DNA from: an uncultured Planctomycetia bacterium
GTDB taxonomy: Bacteria; Omnitrophota; Gorgyraeia; Tantalellales; Tantalellaceae
Assembly (NCBI GenBank): GCA_964527555.1
Contig: CAZGOG010000004.1
Coordinates: 10,593-74,592, forward strand
Reading direction: 5' to 3'
DNA length: 64,000 nucleotides
The stretch's first letter is position 1. Every line of letters begins with the position of its first letter. The translations under genes were made by a program, and so were the position numbers. Below are positions 56,294 to 64,000 of the stretch, one piece after another. The notes under the pieces are model-generated. The model was not told the origin of the DNA. It saw nothing but the letters and a program-made list of their open reading frames with translations, and made no database searches.

Positions 56294-57592
56294 ATGAATA
56301 AAAAGAATGTGATACTTATAACTGTTGATTCCCTGAGGAAAGATTTCTTGTCACTTTCTGATGGCGCATTCCCTAATTTAAAAAAACTAGCTGGAGAAAG
56401 CTGTGTTTTTAACAATGTTTACGCGACTGCACCGGCAACTAGGGGGGCCTTTTCTTCGATTTTTACATCCACATATCCGTCAATGTACGGGGGCAAGATC
56501 TCGATATCCGAGGAGAGGATGACGATAGCGGAAGCATTTAAAAGATCTGGATGGAGAACTTACGGGTTTCATTCCAATCCGTTTTTAAGCAAGCTATTTA
56601 AATATGACAAGGGTTTTAAGGTTTTTTATGATGATCTTTCCATTACTGAGAGGATGAGCGGCAGCAAGATGCACCTGGTGAATAGAATAAAAAGGATTAT
56701 AAAACTGCAAGCATATTTACCGGCGGAAAAACTTAATAAAAAAGTTTTTGGTATCTTAGATAATAACGACTTGAAAGAAGAGAATAATTTCATCTGGGTA
56801 CATTATATGGATGCCCATGGGCCGTATTACGGGAGGAGAAGAGGTATTTCTTTAGCAAGACCTTTTTATGAAATGAGATGGCAAAAAGCCATAAGAGCAA
56901 GAAGTAACAGCCACCTGACAGCAAAACTTAAGAAGGATTACGTCAATGAACTTAAATATTTGGATGTTTATATAGGAGAGCTAATAGATTATTTTAAAAA
57001 GCGCGGTATCTATGACCAAAGCATTATTGTATTTATGGCGGATCATGGAGACGCGTTTGGGGAGCATGGGTTTTATTCACATCCACAGAAATTATATAAT
57101 GAACTTATAAAAATACCACTAATGATGAAGTTTCCAAAAAAGTTTACTACTAAAATTGATTTAGATAAGTTAATAAGTACAATTGATTTAGCTCCGTCAT
57201 TGTTGAATTTTTGTGAAGTGAAAGTACCGGAGAAATTTTTAGGTATTGATTTTGTCTCAGATAATTTTAATGAGTATGTTTTCAGTGAAGCGGATACTCG
57301 CATAGATATGAATACCGGAGAGCAAATAGAGCAAATGTTTTCGCTTGTAAACGATAAATGGAAGTATATATTTGAGACGGAGAGCAAAACTGAAGAATTG
57401 TTCGATCTTATCTCTGATCCACATGAAATTACGGATTTATCGGGAGATCATCCTGAAGTCATGCTAATGATGAAACGCAAACTTGCGGAGTATAGAAACT
57501 TACTTGCTAGTGGTGAGAAAGAAACTCGCCTCGAACAAAAAGAGGATATTGAACAGATTGAAGAAAGATTAAAAACTTTAGGATACATGTAA
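56294..57592 (+). CDS. sulfatase-like hydrolase/transferase (alkaline phosphatase superfamily), non-canonical FGly position
   Basis: ILITVDSLRKDFL and ADHGDAFGEHG sulfatase blocks. The CxPxR position reads ATAPATR. Confidence 0.65.
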   Translation: MNKKNVILITVDSLRKDFLSLSDGAFPNLKKLAGESCVFNNVYATAPATRGAFSSIFTSTYPSMYGGKISISEERMTIAEAFKRSGWRTYGFHSNPFLSKLFKYDKGFKVFYDDLSITERMSGSKMHLVNRIKRIIKLQAYLPAEKLNKKVFGILDNNDLKEENNFIWVHYMDAHGPYYGRRRGISLARPFYEMRWQKAIRARSNSHLTAKLKKDYVNELKYLDVYIGELIDYFKKRGIYDQSIIVFMADHGDAFGEHGFYSHPQKLYNELIKIPLMMKFPKKFTTKIDLDKLISTIDLAPSLLNFCEVKVPEKFLGIDFVSDNFNEYVFSEADTRIDMNTGEQIEQMFSLVNDKWKYIFETESKTEELFDLISDPHEITDLSGDHPEVMLMMKRKLAEYRNLLASGEKETRLEQKEDIEQIEERLKTLGYM

Positions 57593-57594
57593 AA

Positions 57595-59790
57595 ATGAAG
57601 CAGCTCATCCAGAATTTTAAATCAGGCCACTTAAGTCTTATGGAAGCGCCGGTTCCTAATCCGGGTGAAAACGATCTGTTGCTTAAAACTCTTAATTCCG
57701 TTGTCAGTGTAGGGACTGAAAAGAATATAAATGCGTTTGCCAAAAGTTCATTATTGGCAAAAGCTAAATCACGGCCGGATCTTCTCAAACAGCTATTAAA
57801 CAAAGCCGCGAGGGAAGGGGTCTTCGGAGCTTTCAGCGGTGCCATGAGAAGATTGGATGAGCTTCTGCCGCTTGGGTACAGCTCCTGTGGCACCGTAATC
57901 AAAGGCGGGGCAAAAGTCACCGGCTTTAGAACGGGCGAGAGGGTAGCGGTTTTCGGCACAAGGTATGCCTCACATGCGGAATACACCGCTAGCCCCCAAG
58001 AAAACGTAGTCAAAGTTCCGGATAATGTTGATAGCGAATCAGCGGCATTTACGTCTTTAGGTGCTATAGCAATAAACGGTGTGCGTAATACGCAGTTAAA
58101 GGAAAAGGCTGATGTCGCAGTTATAGGCCTAGGGATTATAGGGTTTATTACGGCGCTGGTTTTAAAAGCCTATGGGCATAATGTCGCCGTTTTTGATATA
58201 AATCATGGAAGAGTTGAAAAGGCAAGAAAGCTGGGGATAACAAAATCTTTTGATAACAGCAATTCCGGCGCCGAAGAGGCGGCGCTAGCGGTTACAAATC
58301 ATAAAGGATTTGATTCTGTAATAATAACAGCTTCCACAAAGTCAAGTCAGCCCATAGATTTAGCTGCGAAGATTTCCCGGTTCAGGGGAAGGATAGTTTT
58401 GGTTGGAGTTGTAGGGTTGGATCTTTCCAGAAGGTCTTTCTATGAGAAAGAATTGGAATTTGTGGTCTCTAAGGATGCCGGACCGAAACCGGATACATCC
58501 GGTGAAGACAGCAGAAAAAATTACGTTCTTCCGGATAAAGAGTGGACTCAGGGAGGAAATATGGAAGAGTTCTTGAGTCTGCTTTCGGAAAAGAAGCTGG
58601 ATGTCAGACCCTTGATTACGCACAGGATTGATTTTGACGATATATTAAACTCTTATAAGGAGATATTGTCTGGTACCACGGGCACAGATTATTTGGGCAC
58701 AGTCATCAAATATAAGGGGGAAAGCGAGGAGTCAAACCTCCTGCATTTAGAAAAAAATAAACAGCCGAAAAGAGCAAACTCACAAGATAAGGTTAATATC
58801 GCCGTCATCGGTACGGGACAGTTCGCCCGGAATATTTTTCTGCCCCTCTTGTTTAAGAATAATAAACTAAACTTAAGAGCGGTCTCAAGCGAAAAAGGGC
58901 TTTCTGCCCGGCAGACAGGCCAAAAGTATAATGCCGAGTATGTGACTACGGATTATAAGGAGATTTTAAAGGACAAATGCACGGATTCGGTGTTTATTAT
59001 GACAAGACATGATAAACATGCAAGTATGGTCATTGATGCGTTAAATGCCGGTAAAAATATTTATGTTGAAAAACCTTTGTGCTTAACTAGGAATGAGTTA
59101 AAGGAGGTTGCGGAGAATTACCGGCGAAAATCGTCCGGTGAAAAAGCGCCTTTTATAATGGTTGGATTTAACAGGCGCTTTTCCTCTCTTGCCAAAGAGG
59201 CTAAGGAGTTTTTATCTGAGTCCGGCAATTCGCCCAAGGTAATAACCATCAGGGCCAATGTGGGTTATATCCTCCGGGATCACTGGTCCCAGGACATGAA
59301 TATCGGCGGCGGAAGGATAATAGGCGAGGTATGTCATTACATCGATCTGGTTAATTATTTCACCGATAGTTTTCCCATAAGCGTGTATGCATCAAAGATG
59401 GCAGGTTCCGAAAACAAGGATGACGTGCTTATAAATTTGGAATATTCTGACGGTTCGGTCGCGAACATTTGTTACTCTGCCAGCGGCACTAAAGCATATC
59501 CCAGAGAACGCATTGAGGTCTTTTCCGCCGGCAGCGTTTGTGTGATAGATGATTTTATGATGACCGAATATGCAAGATCTGGTTCCAGGAAGAAAAAACG
59601 CCTTCTTACCAGAGACATGGGTTACAAAGCTGAAATAGATGCTTTCATGGATGTTGTATCTCTGGGCACAGAACCTCCGGTTGATTTTAATAGTTACCTC
59701 AGGACCACTTTGGCAAGTTTTAGTATTATTGAGTCTATTGATAGACGCGCAAAGATTGATATTGATTATTCGGATTATTTAATGAGGTAA
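57595..59790 (+). CDS. fusion protein: MDR-type (alcohol-dehydrogenase-like) domain + Gfo/Idh/MocA oxidoreductase domain
   Basis: N-terminal GTVIKGG...GERVAVFG plus Rossmann VAVIGLGIIG. C-terminal Rossmann NIAVIGTGQFARN plus a Gfo/Idh/MocA C-domain. Confidence 0.65.
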   Translation: MKQLIQNFKSGHLSLMEAPVPNPGENDLLLKTLNSVVSVGTEKNINAFAKSSLLAKAKSRPDLLKQLLNKAAREGVFGAFSGAMRRLDELLPLGYSSCGTVIKGGAKVTGFRTGERVAVFGTRYASHAEYTASPQENVVKVPDNVDSESAAFTSLGAIAINGVRNTQLKEKADVAVIGLGIIGFITALVLKAYGHNVAVFDINHGRVEKARKLGITKSFDNSNSGAEEAALAVTNHKGFDSVIITASTKSSQPIDLAAKISRFRGRIVLVGVVGLDLSRRSFYEKELEFVVSKDAGPKPDTSGEDSRKNYVLPDKEWTQGGNMEEFLSLLSEKKLDVRPLITHRIDFDDILNSYKEILSGTTGTDYLGTVIKYKGESEESNLLHLEKNKQPKRANSQDKVNIAVIGTGQFARNIFLPLLFKNNKLNLRAVSSEKGLSARQTGQKYNAEYVTTDYKEILKDKCTDSVFIMTRHDKHASMVIDALNAGKNIYVEKPLCLTRNELKEVAENYRRKSSGEKAPFIMVGFNRRFSSLAKEAKEFLSESGNSPKVITIRANVGYILRDHWSQDMNIGGGRIIGEVCHYIDLVNYFTDSFPISVYASKMAGSENKDDVLINLEYSDGSVANICYSASGTKAYPRERIEVFSAGSVCVIDDFMMTEYARSGSRKKKRLLTRDMGYKAEIDAFMDVVSLGTEPPVDFNSYLRTTLASFSIIESIDRRAKIDIDYSDYLMR

Positions 59791-59791
59791 T

Positions 59792-60931
59792 ATGAGTATA
59801 AAAATCCTAAAGAAAGAAGAATTAACTAAAAATGTCGCGGTCATCATCGGAACCAGGCCGGGGATAGTCAAATTTGCCCCTGTGGTAAAAGAACTGAAAA
59901 AAAGGAAAGTGGATTTTTTCATAATACATGCTGGCCAGCATTATTCCTATAATATGGATAGGCAGTTTTTCGAACAACTTAATCTGCCAAGACCTAAGCA
60001 TGTTAATACCCATGTGAGGAATTACAAACTGCACGGGGAACAGACTGCTGAGATGATAAAGGGCATTGAAAGAGTGCTTTTTAAAGAAAAGCCTTCCGTG
60101 GTTATAGTGGGGGGAGACGCGAACACGAATCTCGCAGGAGCTTTAGCCGCCAGAAAACTGGGGATAAAACTGGTGCATATGGAGGCCGGCCTAAGAAGCA
60201 ATGACTGGAGTATGCCCGAAGAGCATAACAGGGTAATGATCGATCACATATCGGAGATTTTACTCGCGCCTACAAAGATAGCGCGGGAAAACCTTAAAAA
60301 AGATAATGTGAAGGGGAAAATAGTAGTGGTCGGCAATCCCATAGTCGATGCTGTAAACGATCATGTTAAGATCGCCAAGAAAAGCAGCCAGATACTGGGT
60401 AAGTTGCGTCTTGAGCCAAAAAAGTTTTTTCTTTTGACCTTTCACAGGGAAGAAAACGTCGATTCAAAGAAGAAAGTAAAAGCTATTATCAAAGTCATTA
60501 AAGAGGTTGTAAAGACTTTTCCGTATCCTATCGTGTTTCCTGTCCATCCCAGAACCATGAGAAGGATAAAGTTTTTTGGGTATATGGACGAGATAAAAAA
60601 CATAAGAGGTCTAAAGGTAATAAAAGCAGTCGGTTACTTTGATTTTCTTCAGCTTTTATCCAACAGCAAAGTTGTCCTTACGGATTCAGGCGGGGTGCAG
60701 GAGGAGTGCTGTATTTTAAAGGTCCCCTGCGTTACTCTACGCGAAAATACCGAAAGGCCTGAGACCGTCGCGGTAGGCGCTAACATAATCGCTTCCACCG
60801 ACCACAAGAAGGTAGCTGGAGCAGTGAAACAGTTTTTATCAAAAAACAAGAAAAAGAATTGGAAAAATCCTTTCGGAAGGAATTGCGCAAAAAAGATTGT
60901 CGACATTCTGGGTTCAGAGATAGAGGATTAA
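59792..60931 (+). CDS. wecB: UDP-N-acetylglucosamine 2-epimerase (non-hydrolysing)
   Basis: VAVIIGTRPGIVKFAPV..., HAGQHYSYNM, and the HMEAGLRS and DSGGVQEE motifs. Confidence 0.85.
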   Translation: MSIKILKKEELTKNVAVIIGTRPGIVKFAPVVKELKKRKVDFFIIHAGQHYSYNMDRQFFEQLNLPRPKHVNTHVRNYKLHGEQTAEMIKGIERVLFKEKPSVVIVGGDANTNLAGALAARKLGIKLVHMEAGLRSNDWSMPEEHNRVMIDHISEILLAPTKIARENLKKDNVKGKIVVVGNPIVDAVNDHVKIAKKSSQILGKLRLEPKKFFLLTFHREENVDSKKKVKAIIKVIKEVVKTFPYPIVFPVHPRTMRRIKFFGYMDEIKNIRGLKVIKAVGYFDFLQLLSNSKVVLTDSGGVQEECCILKVPCVTLRENTERPETVAVGANIIASTDHKKVAGAVKQFLSKNKKKNWKNPFGRNCAKKIVDILGSEIED

Positions 60932-60932
60932 A

Positions 60933-61979
60933 TTGATAAACATGAAAAGCTACGTTGATCTACTCAGGTTGTATTTATACGACAAAACAGGAGCCGGAAA
61001 GGTTCTTCCTGCCAGAGTGAACCCTTTTCGGTCCAGTATAAGACTCACGGAGAGGTGTAACTCGAGATGTACCACCTGCGGTTACTGGAAAAAAGAGTGG
61101 GAAGACAGAATATCGACGGAGAAGGCGATAGACGTGATCAAGCAGCTTAAGGATTTGGGTGTAAAACGGCTGCGGTTTACGGGTGGAGAACCTTTATTAC
61201 GCGAAGATTTGTTTAATATTCTTAAGGAAATAGACACTTTGAGATTCGAAAAAATCACACTGGCGACCAACGGCATACTTCTCGATAAGTATTATAAGGA
61301 AATAAACAATTCCTGTTTGACCGATCTTGGGGTTTCCATTGACGGTCTGGCTGAAGTAAACGATAAAATCCGCGGCATACCCGGAGGTTTTGAAAGAGTA
61401 ATGGACTCTTTAAAACTTATACAGGGCAAGAGGATAACGATCATGTCCACGTTGAGTTCATATCTGGCGAAAGACCTTGAGGGGCTGTTCGCTTTGATAG
61501 AAGAGAAAAAACTCTTATGGGACATGAATCTGCCCGATAATAGACCGTATTTTCTTAAAGATGTGGATATTGACGATTTTTGGCCTCTTCCGGCGGAAGT
61601 GGATGCTATTCTGGAGGCGATAAACAGGAATATAGGTAAACCTTTTATGAAGAGGATATCAAAGAGTCAGCTTGATTATACGGAAAAGTATCTTAAAAAA
61701 GAGAAACTTGAAGAAGTGCCTTGTTTTCTTGGGTATACCGATATAGACATTGACTCGGAAGGCAGAGTTTATTCAGGCTGTTACGTGCTGCCGGAGATCG
61801 GGAACATCCTTGATGACGACCTTAAGACGACAATAAGTAGAGGCTCTTATAATGAGAGGTTACGCAGCATGCTTGATAGAAACTGTCCGGGGTGTAATTG
61901 CGGATACGAACTTAATTTAATTGTTCAAAATTTGCCTTCGCGCTTCTTAAAATCTATACTAGGACGCGGAAGAAAATAG
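60933..61979 (+). CDS. radical SAM enzyme with C-terminal SPASM-like Cys cluster
   Basis: CNSRCTTC (Cx3Cx2C), with C-terminal Cys residues ...CFLGY...GCYV...CPGCNCGY. Confidence 0.7.
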   Translation: MINMKSYVDLLRLYLYDKTGAGKVLPARVNPFRSSIRLTERCNSRCTTCGYWKKEWEDRISTEKAIDVIKQLKDLGVKRLRFTGGEPLLREDLFNILKEIDTLRFEKITLATNGILLDKYYKEINNSCLTDLGVSIDGLAEVNDKIRGIPGGFERVMDSLKLIQGKRITIMSTLSSYLAKDLEGLFALIEEKKLLWDMNLPDNRPYFLKDVDIDDFWPLPAEVDAILEAINRNIGKPFMKRISKSQLDYTEKYLKKEKLEEVPCFLGYTDIDIDSEGRVYSGCYVLPEIGNILDDDLKTTISRGSYNERLRSMLDRNCPGCNCGYELNLIVQNLPSRFLKSILGRGRK

Positions 61980-61986
61980 GGGGAAA

Positions 61987-63207
61987 ATGCATGTCTTGTA
62001 CATAACGGATTACTTTAATACCCCCGAAGACGGTGGGCTCTTAAGAACCTGGGAAATAGCACAGTACTTGCGGAAAAAGGATCATAAGGTAACCGTTATT
62101 TGTTCCTCTGCTCATCATATGACCGGCAAGACCGCGGAAAGAAACGGCCTGCTTAACAGGATGAATGTTAATGGGATAGATGTAATAAAAACTCATTCAT
62201 TCGCTAATTACAGGAATTCAAATTTAAACAGGATTATTTATTATATATTTTTCCCGATACTAGCATTTTTTGGCGCTTTGACTGTCAGAAAACCCGACGT
62301 TGTCATAACTTCATCGCCGCCCTTATCATTACTTCCTTTCGGGTTTTTGTTCTGCAGAATGAAACGCAAAAAATTCATAATAGAAGTCCGTGACGCATGG
62401 CTTGAGTTTGCGATCGCCCGCGGTCTTGTTCCGATGAAACTCATCAAACCGCTAAAAGTCCTTCAATATTACCTATTCAAAAAAGCAGACAGGATCATTG
62501 CCGTAACTCCCAGGATTAAAAAGATAGTGGATAAGTATTCAAAAGACAGTTCCAAAAGCATTCTTCTGATGAACGGGTTTGAAGACGATGTTGATGAGGG
62601 AATCAAACATTCCGAAGAAGAAATGATGAAGCTCAAGGAAGAATACGCTTTAGAGGACAAATTCATCGTCATATATACGGGTACACTGGGGCTTGCTCGT
62701 GATCACGAGGTTTTTGGAAAGACCGCTCTTTTGCTTAAGGGATATGAGGATATGCTGTTCCTCTTCATCGGTGAAGGGGAGAAAAAGAAGGAGCTGGTCA
62801 ATTACTGCAGGGATAACGCTCTTGGGAACTGTAAGTTTTTGCCGCTTCAACCGCGCTATAAAATCCCTTTATTTTTGAAAGTATCGCATGTGGCCATAAA
62901 CTCTATACGCAAAAATGACGCTCTTGAATCAAGCCTTTCAAATAAGATTTTTGATTATCTTGGAAATGGCGTTCCTGTCGTCTTTGCCGGCAAGGGCGAT
63001 ACAGCTGACTTCCTCGAGGAAAGCGGCGGCGGGATATGCACTGAGGCGGAGAACGCCGAAGAGATGAAGCGCGCCATCCTTAAATTTTACAAATCGGAAA
63101 AGTTCAGAGAAGAGACGGCAAAGCAGGGGCAAACGTACGTTCTTAAAAACTATACAAGGAGCAGGCTCCTTTCGAAACTGGATGATTTATTGAAAGATAT
63201 AACCTAA
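61987..63207 (+). CDS. GT4 glycosyltransferase
   Basis: An N-terminal Glyco_trans_4-like domain and a C-terminal GT-B domain (GEGEKKKEL...). Confidence 0.7.
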   Translation: MHVLYITDYFNTPEDGGLLRTWEIAQYLRKKDHKVTVICSSAHHMTGKTAERNGLLNRMNVNGIDVIKTHSFANYRNSNLNRIIYYIFFPILAFFGALTVRKPDVVITSSPPLSLLPFGFLFCRMKRKKFIIEVRDAWLEFAIARGLVPMKLIKPLKVLQYYLFKKADRIIAVTPRIKKIVDKYSKDSSKSILLMNGFEDDVDEGIKHSEEEMMKLKEEYALEDKFIVIYTGTLGLARDHEVFGKTALLLKGYEDMLFLFIGEGEKKKELVNYCRDNALGNCKFLPLQPRYKIPLFLKVSHVAINSIRKNDALESSLSNKIFDYLGNGVPVVFAGKGDTADFLEESGGGICTEAENAEEMKRAILKFYKSEKFREETAKQGQTYVLKNYTRSRLLSKLDDLLKDIT

Positions 63208-63262
63208 AGGCGGATTATTGAACATCGATAAAGAAAAAATAATAAGGTGGATTGACGGGCTC

Positions 63263-64000
63263 ATGGAATTCGCGCTCTTGTTCCTGATATTTACCCTGCC
63301 TTTTTCAAAGTCGCTTTTGGAAGGAGCTTTTATAACTTTACTTTCTTTATGGGTTATAAAACGGCTCGTATGTTATAGCAGAGGAGCCTCATTAATCACT
63401 GCGTTTAAGCCGGTAAGTACGGAACCAGGTCCGGCTATCGGTGTTTTTATTTTTATCGGTTTTTTGTCAACACTTGCGAGTGTTTCATTTTATTTGAGTT
63501 TAGAGGGGTTTTTCTGTAAGCTCTTTGAATGGGTTATGTTATATTTTATCGTCACTGAACTTCTGACCGAGAGAAAACAGTTGATCAGGGTCCTGGCAGT
63601 GTTTTTTATTTCGATGATAGTCATATCCGCGGATGGTATTTTCCAGATGATCACGGGTACAGATCTTTTAAGAGGGCGTCCCATTTTCGGCTGCAGGATC
63701 AGCAGCTCCTTCCACAACCCCAATGAATTCGCCGGCTGGCTTGTGGTGATGATCCCGGTGGCATTAAGCTTCGCATATTGCGGCGGAAGCACTTGGTCTG
63801 ATGTTTTCCTGAAATTCAAATGGGTCAGATATTTAATCAGGCCGCTGCTATGGATTTTATTGGCCCTATTGATATTTTGCCTGATTTTTACTTATACAAG
63901 AGGCGCCTGGGTAGCGGTACTAATATCGATAATTTTTCTCGGGATTCTTAAAAGCAAGAAATTGATAGTGTGCTTTTTGATAGTTCTAATGTTCATGCCT
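63263..64000 (+). CDS. O-antigen ligase/Wzy-like membrane protein (3-prime end beyond window)
   Basis: Manual translation reads MEFALLFLIFTLPF...FTYTRGAWVAVLISIIF..., with a Wzy_C-like TYTRGAW motif and multiple TM helices. aaggtgg lies 12 nt upstream of the ATG. Confidence 0.55.
   Translation, partial: MEFALLFLIFTLPFSKSLLEGAFITLLSLWVIKRLVCYSRGASLITAFKPVSTEPGPAIGVFIFIGFLSTLASVSFYLSLEGFFCKLFEWVMLYFIVTELLTERKQLIRVLAVFFISMIVISADGIFQMITGTDLLRGRPIFGCRISSSFHNPNEFAGWLVVMIPVALSFAYCGGSTWSDVFLKFKWVRYLIRPLLWILLALLIFCLIFTYTRGAWVAVLISIIFLGILKSKKLIVCFLIVLMFMP

Noticed and set aside
56294-57592. Calling this, and 28135..29964, a true formylglycine-dependent sulfatase
   Set aside because: The diagnostic C/S-x-P-x-R motif is absent (ATAPATR; SLRPSHL). 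These are therefore annotated only as sulfatase-like alkaline-phosphatase-superfamily proteins.
1-64000. CRISPR arrays, transposases/IS elements, integrases, toxin-antitoxin pairs
   Set aside because: I found no regularly spaced direct repeats. No DDE/tyrosine-recombinase-like ORFs are present, and no small paired ORFs with TA-like motifs.

Overview
The window is a 64-kb bacterial chromosomal segment, almost entirely on the + strand, probably from a diderm bacterium (outer-membrane beta-barrel, Mla-like transporter, exosortase). By eye, GC is moderate and drops after about 43 kb. All calls below rest on conserved motifs read from the six-frame track, not on database searches. From start to end:

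- **1-20.6 kb, housekeeping genes:** era (minus strand, runs off the window start), mgtE, purH, folC, mnmE, folE, a LysM L,D-transpeptidase, accA and gpmI.
- **10.9-18.9 kb, signalling/envelope cluster:** an RsbW-like GHKL kinase and a phosphorylatable STAS protein sit at the 5-prime end. An MlaE/MlaF/MlaD ABC transporter, two tandem secreted FecR-domain paralogs and a putative outer-membrane beta-barrel follow. A CHASE2-PP2C (SpoIIE-type) phosphatase closes the 3-prime end. No sigma factor is present.
- **20.6-25.6 kb, tRNA-flanked segment:** tRNA-Leu(CAA) is followed by a 16-bp direct repeat of its own 3-prime end 185 bp downstream (integration/excision scar). A GC-rich hairpin cluster and a promoter-to-terminator mini-unit precede a 1232-aa secreted subtilase (S8) with three long internal repeat modules. 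tRNA-Ala(GGC) and a small GIY-YIG nuclease gene end the segment.
- **25.6-27.1 kb:** a minus-strand exosortase-EpsI pair (PEP-CTERM sorting machinery), with no PEP-CTERM substrate visible in the window.
- **27.2-36.4 kb:** TPR proteins, a sulfatase-like/TPR fusion, leuS, a beta-propeller protein, and comEA-comEC.
- **36.5 to >64 kb, surface-polysaccharide locus (one strand):** cysD-cysN, a phosphodiesterase-like enzyme, UDP-sulfoquinovose synthase (SqdB) with a Cys-rich N-terminal extension overlapping a thioredoxin gene, an epimerase, a polyprenol-P GT2, four consecutive SAM methyltransferases, a GT-C-like membrane protein, a Wzx flippase, two sulfotransferases, two Wzy/O-antigen-ligase-like proteins, three GT4 glycosyltransferases, a sulfatase-like enzyme, a dehydrogenase fusion, WecB and a radical-SAM/SPASM enzyme.

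The most unusual candidates are (i) the partner-switching module physically wrapped around the Mla-like/FecR/OMP envelope operon, and (ii) the locus that apparently makes a sulfo-sugar, sulfated and O-methylated polysaccharide next to an exosortase.
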